A stretch of DNA of 63,836 nt, the filler included, from Pelomyxa schiedti (Eukaryota; Protista; Evosea), in assembly GCA_020536535.1 (NCBI GenBank). It is 7 parts of 7 records of this genome, joined end to end, with 100 filler letters (N's around TTAATTAATTAA, not from the genome) between each part and the next. Parts side by side here need not be neighbours in the genome. Positions count along the whole stretch, not along the records: positions 27,832 to 49,090 come from JAHLWZ010001075.1; positions 49,191 to 52,766 come from JAHLWZ010000027.1; positions 52,867 to 54,106 come from JAHLWZ010002659.1; positions 54,207 to 58,935 come from JAHLWZ010001558.1; 3 more parts are not named here. The stretch is one strand, 5' to 3'. Shown here piece by piece: positions 41,951 through 54,233 of the stretch (position 1 is its first letter; each line of letters begins with the position of its first letter). A program made the translations under genes and the position numbers. The notes beneath the pieces were generated by a model. It ran no database searches. It was not told where the DNA came from and saw nothing but the letters and a program-made list of their open reading frames with translations.

Positions 41951-43616
41951 ATGAGAGTGGCGTTCATTGGTGAGTGAGACCGTAACTACGACAGTCGTTT
42001 TAACCGTTGGGAACAGGCCTCGGTGTAATGGGCAAAAGCATGTCCATGCACCTTATAAAAGCCGGTCACGAACTTTTCTTGTACTCAAGACGTGACTCCT
42101 CGGTACCGTTTTTTTTTTTTTTTTTTCTTCCCCATCCTTACTTCTTCATTCCTTACTGAGTAAACGCATGCAATTGTAATCGGAATCCTCTTGCCAGCAG
42201 CCACAGCGTCCGTTGCCTAGAGGATTCTGAGTAAACGCATGCAATTGTAATCGGAATCCTCTAGGCAACGGACGCTGTGGCTGCTGGCGGAAAATGGTGC
42301 AACACCATAAAGCAGGCAGTGAGCAATGCAGAAGTTGTGATAACGATGGTGGGATTCCCAAAGGATGTTGAAGAGGTTTACCTTTCCCCTGGAGGTATAG
42401 TGGAGAGTGCTACTCCTGGCACCCTTCTCATAGACATGACTACCACTAAGCCATCGTTAGCTGTGGTATTCTTTCCTCATTTTCATTTTGGTAGGCTCAC
42501 AGTTCCCAACTCCTTAAAGGCGATCAATGAGGCTGCATTGCACAAAGGAATAAAATTCTTGGATGCACCTGTTTCGGGTGGGGATGTTGGTGCTAGAAAT
42601 GCAGCCCTGTCTATCATGGTTGGAGGCGACCAGGTAGATTTACCAAATTCTAGATTATTGTAACAATAACTGTGCACTTAGGCCACTTTCGAACAAGCAA
42701 GGCCAATATTTGAAAAACTCGGTAAAACTATTGTACTCCAAGGTCAGAAGCCTTTGTGTAATTATAATTTCTTTCTAAAACCTTTTTAGGCCCTTGTGGT
42801 AGTGGACAACACACGAAAATGTGCAACCAGATAGCTATTGCCTCTGGGATGATAGGTGTGATGGAAAGTCTTGTTTATGCCAGGAATGCTGGGTTGAACC
42901 CAGAAACGGTTTCCAATTGTCTCTGTTGTACGAATCTTATCCAGACAGGTGCTCAGTTCAATATCAACAGGCGCAGCTGCCAGTTGGTCTCTAGCAAATT
43001 ACACTCCTCGAGTTCTTGCTGGAAACTTTGCTCCTGGGTTCTTTGTTGAGCACTTTATCAAGGATATGGACATAGCCCTCGAAGAAGCCCATAGGTATAT
43101 TAAGTACGTTGATGTACAAAAGCATAACCACAAATAAGGATGGGTCTCGAACTTCCTGGGCTTGCCCTTGCACGCAAAATGTACGAAGATGTTGTAAAAC
43201 TTGGTGGAGCAAAGCTTGGCACTCAGTCTCTGTTCATTGCACTAGAACCCCCATACAAAACACGCGACAAGTTGTGCGCTCTGGCCAACTCCGACTCAGC
43301 GCAATGGGCATCCTACGTTACAAACGCCAAGAATTCCACTCCACCGTACTATCATCAGGAACTTCTGTCAAGTGCACTCGCTGCCTGCATCAGCGCTCGC
43401 GCTAGCGCCTGCCTTGAACACGTCCGCATTATACTGCGTGCTGGCCTGGACGCCCACACAATTGATCCCTACACAGTTCTACGTGCAGCAGAGTCTGATC
43501 CAGCTGCTTTACGCGAGCTATTGACAGCCGGCGCTCCACTCACTGCCGTTGTGCCTGTCTTGGCTCAACTACCAGGCCCTATTGCCTCTATTGTCTCCGA
43601 GTTTTCTTCCCATTGA
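41951..43616 (+). CDS. Beta-hydroxyacid dehydrogenase (3-hydroxyisobutyrate DH / tartronate semialdehyde reductase family, YkwC-like) with C-terminal extension
   Basis: MRVAFIG|[47 protein letters not shown]. About 120 extra residues follow the normal end. Confidence 0.9.
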
Positions 43617-43683
43617 TAAGTAAAAACTCAAGGGTGATTTCAACACCAAAATACTCTTCTTTTTTTTTTTATCTTCTCTGTTC

Positions 43684-45583
43684 TCATACAAACCTCACCA
43701 TGGTGGTATTTGTGGTGTTGTGTAATGAAGGGAAACCTAGAGTATAGACCACAGCCTGTCCCTTGGTCACACAGTTGTTGCTAAGGAGCACAGAGTCCAT
43801 GGAAGCAAGGGGGTCTGTTGGCTCTTCAGACCACCTGTAAGCCATGCAACCTCTGACTAGACACATACGACGGACCTTGTGTTTGGAATATCAGTAAAGG
43901 AAGACAGAGAAGTTAAGTGAAATAGAGTGTACCGTTTGGAGTGACTGAGTGAAGACATAAATGGGGAGCATTGGGCGAGACGTGGCAAGTCGGATAGCCG
44001 CGTTTCCGGTGTCAGATGAGCAGCCAAAAGCAACTGCACCAACCTGCAATTGCATGTTATTTTTAAAGAGGAAAGGGGCAGTATTTTCCTCTTCGGCTAA
44101 TTTTCTGGCTGCACGGCCAATAGAGAACCCAAGGGTAGTCCCACTACTGTCTTTCTGCAAATTTGGGTCGAAGTCTCGATCGTTAAATCGCCGCCTCATT
44201 TGGGGATCACTGCGTAAAAAGTGTTCGGCTTGCAGAATAACTTGGCGCATCATCTGGACAGTTTCGACAGGGAACTCGCCAATAGCAGTTTCACCAGAAA
44301 GCATCACAGCATCCTATGGGTTTTTTTGGTTAACAAACAGCTGAAATAAGAGGGAACTTACAGTTCCATCCCACACTGCATTAGCCACATCAGAGGCCTC
44401 GGCTCTGGTGCAAGTTGGGTTATGTGTCATAGATTCAAGCATCTGTGTAGCGGTGATAACGGGAATTCCCCTTTCTACACAGCATCGGATTATGTGCTTT
44501 TGTAACTCGGGGACTTTTTCATTCCCTACTTCTACACCAAGGTCTCCTCTGGCAACCATAACGGCATCCACAACATCCAAAATTGCAGCAAGATTGTTGA
44601 TTGCTTCAGGTTTTTCCAATTTAGCCACAATCTTTGTTATCTTGCCAGATGCCTTGATAATATCACGGAGGTCGATGATGTCTTGTGCTTGTCTAGATTG
44701 ACGGTAAACTTTTCAAAAGTGTAGGTACCTCCTACCTGACGAAGGAAAGGGCAATGAAATCTGGATTCAGGTTTCCCAAGGCAAATGTTGCATCCTCTGA
44801 ATATTGAAATGGAAGTGAGAGGGGAGTAATAAAAGCAAATAGATAGGAAGCTACCTTTGTCCTTGGGTGTCAGAGCAGGAAGTACACCCAAATCAGTTTC
44901 GGGAAGGTTGATGCCCTTGTGATTCTTCAGGACTCCGCCTTGGATAATTTTGCAGACAAGGTGGTCCTCATTTTTGGCAATCACCTAATACTGACGTTTG
45001 AAGGAATACTCCAAATGACAAATAAGTCCAACCTCCAAACGAAGCAGTCCATCATCAAGGAGTATAGGATCACCCACTTTGCATTTTTCCACCAGAGGTC
45101 TGAACTTGGTGGTAATTATTCCGGGTTCGCCCATGCTCGTCGAAAACCTTTTGAAAAAATAAAATAAAATAAAGATATGTAGCACAACAAGAAAAACACC
45201 AATGAACCCACCAGCGTCACAAGCTAAAAACAACACCAAATAGACAACAAACAATCAAAAGAAAACGGAACCTACCTCATGATGACAGTTCCCCCTCTTG
45301 TCAGATTGATTGAGCCGCCCTCGAAGGGGTTGCACCTGATCTTGGGCCCCTGCAGATCCACCAAAGTGGCGACCTCCTTCCCCTGGCGCTCCGCCGCGGC
45401 GCGCACGGCGCGGTCCAGCGCCACGAGGTCCGCCGCCTGCCCGTGGCTGCAGTTGTAGCGCACCACGTTGACGCCCGCCTCGAAGAGCCGGTCCAGGACG
45501 CCAGGGCGCGTGCTGGCGGGCCCAAGAGTGGCCACGATTTTGACGAGGGGCTTGGCGCCGGGTGGCACTACGTGTTGCTGCAT
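43684..45583 (-). CDS. pyk: Pyruvate kinase, multi-exon
   Basis: [82 protein letters not shown]. Confidence 0.96.
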
Positions 45584-45884
45584 GTGTGTTGGTTGGCCCA
45601 AGGGGTTTTCTTTGTTTGGTTGTTGGTTTTTTTCGTTTGTTGGCGGGTTGCTCCTGGCGTTGTTTTTCGCAGCGAAATTGTTACGCGAAGAGTCAGGCGA
45701 GAATTTCCTAAGATTCGATGTCCTTTGGGGTGAGGGTTAGACTTCCTCTTGAGACAGTCACTATGGAACGCACTGCGCACAAATACACTGTTTGGCTCAG
45801 ATGTACAATGTATTCTGCCCAACCAGAGTTTGAATGAATCAACTGTTCGTTTCCTTTTGGGCTTTTGATCACCGAAGTCTACGC

Positions 45885-48008
45885 ATGCAGCCACTGCTGA
45901 CATCGTTTTTTACGGTTGTATCTGATGGCAGCGCAGGCACCAAGTTGGCGTTAGCGAAGTCCATTGACGACGTGTGGGCAGCGGAGAACAGGAGGCTTGA
46001 AAAAGAGGCGGAAGAGCATGAAAAACGAGAACTCGATCAAATAGTAGCCGAGGTTGAAAGGTTCGTGGGTTTTTTTTGCTTTTTTTTTTTTTTTTTCTTT
46101 TTGGCGTTTTTTTTTTTGTATCTTATTGACTATAAGAGTGAGGGCTGTTAAAACAAGAAATGTTTGTGAGAGAGTACGGAAGGACGAAGAGTGGCGCGAA
46201 AAGCGAAGAGAGGACTTGAGGAGAAGGCAAGAAGGTAGTAGAGTTGCTTCTCTTTGAAATTCCTTCTTTTTTTTAATTTGTGGTTTGTCTAGGCCAGGGA
46301 AGAGAAATTGTACCAGGACTCTATCTTGGAAATGAAGCCTCTGCTTCCAACTTTTCGTGGCTGGCGAATGAAGGAATTACACACATTCTAAACTGCACAA
46401 AGGAGGTGCCTTGCTTTTACGCACCAAAGGGCAGAGTTGCACCTGGCGAGGCTTCAAGTGAAGATGAAAATGACGATGCTGAAGACAAGCTCAAATGTGA
46501 TGTTGCACCAAATGTGATTGATACACCAAATCCCACGGGCTCCACAACCAGCACAACAAATTCGGAACTTCCACCTCCGTCTTCATCAGATGAAGTGGGC
46601 AAAGTAAAATCTGATAGTGAGCAGGCAACAAGCTCTACTTCACCCAGCAAAGTCAAGGAAAAACTCAAGAGTTTTCTTGCCAATCAATGCGACCTCGGCC
46701 ACGAGTCGGAAGATAATTGTGACTCTGAGGAAGACGTGAATGATAGTGGCAAGATTAAAATTGTGTACCACAGAATCCCTGTGGAAGACGCTGCGCACTG
46801 TCGAATCTTCCATTTATTCCCTGAGTCGAATACTTTCATCTCAAGTGCCGTCGCAGGAGGTGGCAAAGTTTGCACCACCCTATGCTTTCTATTAACAAAC
46901 GACACAAGGCATTTCCTTACATTCGAGCAGGTTCTGGTCCATTGCAAGGAGGGTAGAAGTCGCTCTGCCGCTTTTGCAGTTGCCTATTTGATGAACTCTT
47001 CTGGAATCTCTCTACAAGTTTGCATTTATACCCTGCATTCTCCCACCCACTGTTTTTCCAGGAAAGCCGCGATATGGTTGACACCAAGTGTTGGACATCC
47101 AACATCAATCCAGGATTTGAACTCGAGTTAAGCAAATACGAACTTAAGTTGTTTCCTGGTACTTGTGCTTTTTAAACTAATTGCAACTAAGTGCGTCTTC
47201 TAGATAAAGGTGAGACCTCAGTTCACAAAGATAAATCTGAACGAAGTGGTCGCTCTAATGCTGTCGATTTGATTACCGCGGAGGTTGATGCAGAGACTGA
47301 CAGTAGCCGCAAACGGTTTCCATTTAGCTTTAGCTTCTATTAGTTGTTCTCACCTCCTCAAGATCCCCTGCAACTGTCAATAGCAGCAGCCCTAAAAGCA
47401 AACGCAGAAGACTAGTCCGTCACAACTTGAAAGATGATACTGCCAAACCCATCCCCTCCCCACTTTGTGAAGAGGCAGAGGAAACATGCCCCAATTCAGC
47501 TGATGTAGAGCCAACCCGTACTTTGTCAACTCTAAAAGCGGAAGTTCCGGTCACCTCAACGAAGGACATAGCACCCGAACCCCAACCTGTCTCCACCACT
47601 ACCATGACCACCACTCCATCCCAAACACCCCAGTCCAAGGAAGAAAGTTCAACAATGGAAACTTGCAAGGCTACAACAACCAATCTTGCCAACACTGCAG
47701 AACAAAAACCAGAAGTGAAAACACCAGAAGAACCAATACCAAAACCCACAGAAAATCCCAAAACTACAAAAGACAAGACACCTGCTAAGCCGACAAAAGT
47801 ATCAAAACATGTGAAAAAACCCAAACAAAAACCAGTGGAAGCCCAAGTAGTTGAGCAGCCAAAGCCTATTGAAGCAACAACCCCCCAAAAGGCAGAAATT
47901 CCTCAAACAACAGCAACATCGAAGGAACTCAGCCCTCCAAAGCAATCCCCTGGCAAAAGGCCCAAACAAGCAGTTCTTGACAAGTGGTTTGTGTTAAAAA
48001 AGACTTGA
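45885..48008 (+). CDS. Active-type dual-specificity phosphatase with NLS and C-terminal PIP-box-like motif
   Basis: EIVPGLYLGN, ITHILNCT, IPVED, VLVHCKEGRSRSAAFAVAYLM, INPGF. In-frame splices reach PKSKRRRL and the terminal KQAVLDKWFVLKKT*. Confidence 0.8.
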
Positions 48009-48821
48009 AAAGAACTTTTTGTGGGCACGTGCTTCTATTCTCTGTTCAATTGCTTGTTGTTGTTCCCACTCTCTGTGTGGTCCCCCTCCACCTTCTTCTT
48101 TTCTGACATGGCCAGCAGTGTTTGTCTCCCATTCCACCGACTTGCACCCTGTGGTGTCTACGGTCATCAGCAAGATGTCGTCCTCTGGCATGTTTACGTC
48201 TCGTGTTTCATATCTTCCGTCATAGGCGACGCAGAACTTGGTTCCGTTCCCAATTGGGAACAAGTTCCTGACTTCACACCCGGCGCTTTGGACGAGGTAA
48301 GGTGCTGCTGGATTCTTCCCCACGATGGCGTACACTCGACCCGTAGATGACAGTGCCACCACGACTGCGTTGTCGCCCAGGTTGTAGTAATCAGAGGAAC
48401 CAGACCTGATCACAAATGCCCTCGAAATAGTCTCGCATGGCAGGGCCTCGATCCCAGTCACCAGCCACCTCTCGATCTCGTGGAATCGCTTGCTCTCCAT
48501 GGACTCCTTCATGCTCCAGAATATGATCTGGTGCTCTGTTGGTGAGATCGTCGGCTTCATCTTCCGAGAAACGAGGAGCGCCACGTGGGGTTCCCTCTTG
48601 CTCATAGTGACCAAGTGCCTCATCGTCATCTTCCTCCTCCCTCTTGAAAGTTCAACAAGAAGACCTGGGCCTATTGGAAGGGCACGTGATTTCCTTCCAA
48701 TTCGTGGTGTGGGAAGCAGGGCTCCTTCGAAAATGCTGATGTTCTCTGAGCTTTCCCATTTAACCTTGTTTAATATCACCACTCTTTGGAACGGCACATA
48801 AGTCAACGGACCCAATTTCAT
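47994..48821 (-). CDS. Hypothetical protein, beta-strand-rich; 5' end uncertain
   Basis: 275-codon open frame with protein-like composition. Its stop overlaps the 3' end of the convergent DSP gene by 15 nt. No family recognised. Confidence 0.45.
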   Translation of the reverse strand: MKLGPLTYVPFQRVVILNKVKWESSENISIFEGALLPTPRIGRKSRALPIGPGLLVELSRGRRKMTMRHLVTMSKREPHVALLVSRKMKPTISPTEHQIIFWSMKESMESKRFHEIERWLVTGIEALPCETISRAFVIRSGSSDYYNLGDNAVVVALSSTGRVYAIVGKNPAAPYLVQSAGCEVRNLFPIGNGTKFCVAYDGRYETRDVNMPEDDILLMTVDTTGCKSVEWETNTAGHVRKEEGGGGPHREWEQQQAIEQRIEARAHKKFFSSLF

Positions 48822-49379
48822 TGGTTACACATGTCTCTTCCCTCTTCCCTTCACTCACGAAGTCTTGGCATGAAAGGCCACAACCAGGAGTTGAACATTT
48901 TGCCACCAACTCGTTGATGCAAAGCTCCTAGAACATATACACACAGTGGTCTCAATCTGATGTGAGAGGCACTCGCACTAGCTGACCTCACAAGGAGGGC
49001 AGTTTCGGTAGAAGTCGCCGGCTTGTCAGCAGAAAGGACGTTATAATAGACATAAAGGACACTCTGACTTGTAGTTGGTTTTACGTGGAANNNNNNNNNN
49101 NNNNNNNNNNNNNNNNNNNNNNNNNNNNNNNNNNTTAATTAATTAANNNNNNNNNNNNNNNNNNNNNNNNNNNNNNNNNNNNNNNNNNNNGATTCTGCCA
49201 CTCACAATACACAGCTGCACATGTGCCCAAAGGGGAATTCTTGGTGGCCCAATTGCACCCGATTTCTGCCTCGATGTGCCTCCTTCTGTGTAACACACCT
49301 GACACTTTGATGCACTTCTTTCCAAAACAAAAATACAACCAAGACACTTTCTTCTAACCACCAAAAAATGCAAAAAATT

Positions 49380-49451
49380 CGAGCGTTATGGGGGTTGAAC
49401 CCATGACATTCTGATCCGGAGTCAGATACTCTTCCACTGAGCTGAACGCCC
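49380..49451 (-). tRNA. trnR-CCG: tRNA-Arg(CCG), with C at position 8
   Basis: GGGCGTTCAGCTCAGTGGAAGAGTATCTGACTCCGGATCAGAATGTCATGGGTTCAACCCCCATAACGCTCG folds into a cloverleaf with four intact stems, TTCA T-loop, A20, G73 and a T6 Pol III terminator 2 nt downstream. Confidence 0.88.
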
Positions 49452-49692
49452 TTCGCAGAATGTAGAGCCAAAATAAACACCATCAGCCAGAGCGTTCAGC
49501 ACTCCCTTTCCCATAATACAGTGTGGGACAGCCGACACGGAGCTGAAAACCGCGCGATTCTGCACTTTTTTTCGGTTGGTTGAAGTGCATAAAGTGACTT
49601 TACTTCCTCGTATCAACGTTTGTTATTTGAATTAATGAGAAAGAGTAAGCAGCAATTGTGCATCGAGATGTAATGCCATGGCATTCGTCGAC

Positions 49693-52600
49693 TTAGAAAT
49701 TTGACTCTGCTGCAACGGCTGAGGCAGATTTCACCAAACCCTCCCGCACTGTGCTCCTCAGGTCTTGCAAAAGACCAAAGTTCCATGGTGCACTCCTTAA
49801 TAAAAAATTTGTGAAGCACGCGGCCACAACAACCAACCAATTTTTTTATTATTTGTTCTAAAACATTGTGTTGACTGAAACGTTTGGTTTCTTTGCTTTC
49901 TTACATATGTACTCTGGTGGCAGTGGTGTTATGTCAGTCATCTAAATAGGACCAAGGCCAGAACTTAGCTGGGCACTGTTCAGGGTCCCCATAATCATAC
50001 CCAGCAAATATCCATGCAGTGCCAACACTGTATTGGAGAAAAAGAGTGAGCAAGTCAAGAGGAAGCTTTATGAGGATGGGGAAATTTACGGGAACGAGGC
50101 ATAGACCAGCAACACAGAGGCGGTGGTGTAGAGAACAAGTTGCCTCTTCAGAGAACCAGTTATTTTCGGTGGCTTTTTGCATATATAAATAAGCCGAATG
50201 CGGTCAACTAATATTCNNNNNNNNNNNNNNNNNNNNNNNNNNNNNNNNNNNNNNNNNNNNNNNNNNNNNNNNNNNNNNNNNNNNNNNNNNNNNNNNNNNN
50301 NNNNNNNNNNNNNNNNGAGGCATAGACCAGCAACACAGAGGCGGTGGTGTAGAGAACAAGTTGCCTCTTCAGAGAACCAGTTATTTTCGGTGGCTTTTTG
50401 CATATATAAATAAGCCGAATGCGGTCAACTAATATTCTGGGGAGAAAAAGGCATAAGAAATCAGAGGTGTTGGAGGTTGAGATTTCATACTCTAGCAAAT
50501 TCACCAGGAGGGACAGCAGCGCGAGGAGCGGGAAGAATGGAATTCCAAGGAAAATCACAAACTGGCGGTACAGTACTTCAAGGTACTCTTCTGCAATGTC
50601 AAATTCGGGCTGTGCAATAAATCAGAGAACTCTACGAATTGCTGTGGAAAAACATACGCGGTCTGAACGAGAAACCATCAGTGTATCTTTGAGGTCTTCC
50701 GAAGTCAAATCATGACGGGCACCTCTTTTACAACAGCAAGTTTTGATTTTTCCTAATAGCTTAGTGACGAGGGGCCAACCAAGTGGGAAGGCCACTTCGA
50801 TGGCATTTGAGACCTGCCGTTTGGTTACTTGTGATAAACCGTGAGCAAGGCCTAACACACAATGAGATCGATGATAATCAAGCTCAGAAACTGATCGCCC
50901 ATATATACAAGCCCACAACTGTTCTCGGCAGCGAGTGCTGCCGATGTTGAGCCACTGTCATCTTCCCAAGGAAAGTCGGGCAGATCCCAGCTGTAGGAAA
51001 ACCTGAATGAAAATCTATCCATAACAATCCAGCGAGAAATGTACACTCCAATAATATTGAATACCTGTGAAAGGTAACATCACGTAATCGTTGTAACGAC
51101 TTACTTTGAAACAGTACCACTTGAGTAGGAGGTGATTTTTGAAAGCTGACCAAGTTGGGTGTCTCTCGAAACGGGTGAGAATGCCAGCAATTTGTGTCCA
51201 TATGAGACGGACAATCGTAACAACGAGAGAAATTGCAGTTGATGCTCTGTTCATTACTTAGACCATTTGGAATATCATTAAGAAGGCATACAATGTTGAA
51301 TGCATGAAATTTTTCTCCAAAATTGTGAAAGTAAAGGTACAACCAAATGCCACTCCCAACATAAGCCAAAAAACAAAGAGAGAAACCAAAAACCGAAGGG
51401 AGCGTTGGAAGTGTGTAACACTTTCATTTTCCTGAAGGAGAAAGTGAGTGACATAATTAGCTAGACATACTCACTTCAATATCGTCCTCATGGGCGTACC
51501 TCTCCTCTTTGTCAACCTCTTCTGTTGCGAAAAACTTGCCAACTATGAAGTAGTACAGTGGCCTGAGATATTTTGAGAAATCTACATTATTGGACAATAG
51601 GTACCCATAGGTAATCCAAGTCACAGCAAGAATCAAAATGGAAATGAACCTATAGAGCTTAAGTAAAACATTTATTTTCCATATTTTGCTTCTACCAGTA
51701 ATAGAAAGATTCAGTTGTGTATGAGGACAAATAGAGCAACTTTCTTTTTCCATAATAAGAATCAAATGCCGTTATGGAGGCTATTTTCCAATCCTCAGCG
51801 GAAAGGTCCAAGACACAGTGGGGAATAAAGTTTACTAAAACTAAGTCGTTTTAATTATGATATCAAGCGGAAATAAAGAAGTGGAAACATACCACAAGCA
51901 ACAGCAAAAATATCTGTTACAACAATAAAGAGGAGATAACGGAAGTACAGTTCCACTCCTTGACCAAAACTGAAACAGAGGTGAGATTGTATCTTGAGTG
52001 GAAGTAGGTGATACTATTTTCCGATCGTTGCATTCGAAGCTAACAACTTTGGCCGGTTTGGATCACCCTTGAATCCAGCTCCAAAGTCGCGTTCGTCCTC
52101 GTTGTCACCATCCAAGTTGTCTTCTTTATCAGAGTCTTCATCATCTTTAAACTTCTTTTTCTTTATCCTGAGTAAGGCAATGCACAGATCAATAACGAAG
52201 TGGGTGGAAAGGTTTTTATGTGTGGGACTGTACGCACTTTATCAAGTACTTGCATCCTGAGCGAGTAGTTTTAAGAACATAGCCCCGAGGAATTTTTCTT
52301 TTCCTAAGTACTGTGTGAGGAACCGAATGAAGAAGGAACTAAACACTCACCCAGTTTGAGATTTACCAGTGCCAGTAACAAAATCTGTTTCCAAACGCTA
52401 AATAAAACAAAAAAACCCAGCCAAAAGAAGCAACAAACAAAACGAAAAACAAAACAAAACAAAAAAACACAACCCACTTGCATTCAACAACAACTAATTA
52501 ACTAATTACGCACCAGTGAATATTGTGGCAGCGGTGCTCTTTGTTTTCTTGAGAGTGATGGCAGCACTCCCCGGCGCCGCGCACGCGGGCTCGTCCCCGA

Positions 52601-52766
52601 CCAGTGTCTCTTGGTCCTCGTTGTCTTCCTCGCCTTCACTCTTGGTTTTGGTCCCTTCCTCGTCCCCGCCCTCGTCATCGGCGGCGTCCTCGTCAGCCTT
52701 GTCTTTGTCGCCGTCTGTTGTTGCTATAGCCATCGCGCAGGCGTTACTTATGGGAGCGACCGCTCC
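49693..52766 (-). CDS. TMC (transmembrane channel-like) family protein, multi-exon; interrupted by a probably spurious gap, 5' end at or in the gap
   Basis: FGQGVELYFRYLLFIV (TMC FGxxVxxYFxFL), RFERHPT, MGDQFLSLIIID and PEFDIAEEYLEVLYRQFVIFLGIPFFPLL...ICKKPP, which matches the TMC-domain EFDIxxNVLxLIYxQ...GxFFxP...PP pattern. Confidence 0.7.
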
Positions 52767-53084
52767 NNNNNNNNNNNNNNNNNNNNNNNNNNNNNNNNNN
52801 NNNNNNNNNNTTAATTAATTAANNNNNNNNNNNNNNNNNNNNNNNNNNNNNNNNNNNNNNNNNNNNGGAGAGGGGGAGGTGGATTTACCGTGGCGATGAC
52901 AAGTTGCAACACGACCTGATTATAAAGTGTGAGAACTCGAAAAAGAAAAACAGAGAAGATACCTGTAGCTCTGGCTTGGTTCGGAAGTCTGACTGAGTGC
53001 CGCAGGGAATCAGCCCTATGTTGCCGTGAGGAAATGGAACACAACAGTAAGTTTAACACAAGACTAAGGAAGAACGATACAAGA

Positions 53085-53290
53085 CAAACAAAACGAAACA
53101 ACACGAAACAGAGCGAAACGAAACAAAACGAAACGAAACGAAACGAAACGAAACGAAACGAAACGAAACAAAACAAAACAAAACAAAACAAAACAAAACA
53201 AAACAAAACAAAACAAAACAAAACAAAACAAAACAAAACAAAACAAAACAAAACAAAACAAAACGAAACGAAACAAAACAAAACAAAACG
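53085..53290 (+). repeat. Compound pentanucleotide microsatellite (AAACG)n/(AAAAC)n
   Basis: About 40 tandem 5-mers seen directly. These explain the FCFVL / TKQNK shadow ORFs. Confidence 0.97.
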
Positions 53291-54233
53291 CGAATAATAT
53301 AGAGTTTTTTTATAAAAAGCAGACGACAACCTGCTGTAGGCGTGAGTTTGCTCTATATGTCTTCATATGTGATCTGTACGCTTTCCGCCACCGGCCCCCG
53401 TCTGTGTGTTGTTTGTTTTGGTCACGACACCGGGCAACTGATTGTTTTTCCGTTAATTCCGGGGGCTTGGCCAAGTGGATGTGCGAACATTCAGAGGACT
53501 GCCACAGCTGCGGTAACATCCTCTGCAGGGTCCTGGAAGTGCGGGGCGCTGGGAGCCTGTAGAGGGACAGATTCGTTCTTTTCTAAGGGAGAAAACCCCA
53601 AAAAGGTTTCAACAACCAAAAACGGACAGATTTCAGAGAAACTGGTAAATATGGGAAAGAAACCAAGAGGGAAACAGGATGGTACTGAATATTGTTGATG
53701 TATTTTCGAATTGCGGGATTTGCATGCCTGTACCAGATGAGGAGAGTGAAACCACAGCAAGAGTTCTCTAAGCGCGCTCGGCTAATCGGTGTTATAACGC
53801 GCCCAGGATTAATTAAATTAATTAAGTTACACAGAAGAAGAACAAATAAAATTTAATGCCGTTTGGTGGCGGGGGGCCGGCCGGTGTGGTGCGTGTCACG
53901 GGTGGGTGACTGGTGGTGCGACAGACCGCCGCATTTTGGTGCCAGGTCAGAACGTTCTGTTGTTCGGTATCGGTTTTTTTTTTCCCGATGTTGTTTTCTT
54001 TGTTTGTTTTTAATTTCATTGTGGTTTATCGCACCGGTCTTTTGTTGTTGTTTCTCGGTTTTGTTTTGTTTTGTTTTTTTTCCCGAACTGTTGAGGCAAC
54101 GCTTCANNNNNNNNNNNNNNNNNNNNNNNNNNNNNNNNNNNNNNNNNNNNTTAATTAATTAANNNNNNNNNNNNNNNNNNNNNNNNNNNNNNNNNNNNNN
54201 NNNNNNAAGTTCCACACATCAGTCTTTGTGTTA

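Noticed and set aside
47994-48008. 15-nt overlap of convergent coding ends
   Set aside because: It depends on an unverified hypothetical ORF, and short 3' overlaps are unremarkable in compact genomes.
50096-50437. 121-bp exact direct repeat (50096-50216 = 50317-50437) flanking a 100-N gap
   Set aside because: This is typical of unmerged overlapping contigs. Collapsing it restores a continuous TMC-like exon.
52811-53329. FCFVL / TKQNK repeat ORFs
   Set aside because: These are translations of a pentanucleotide microsatellite.
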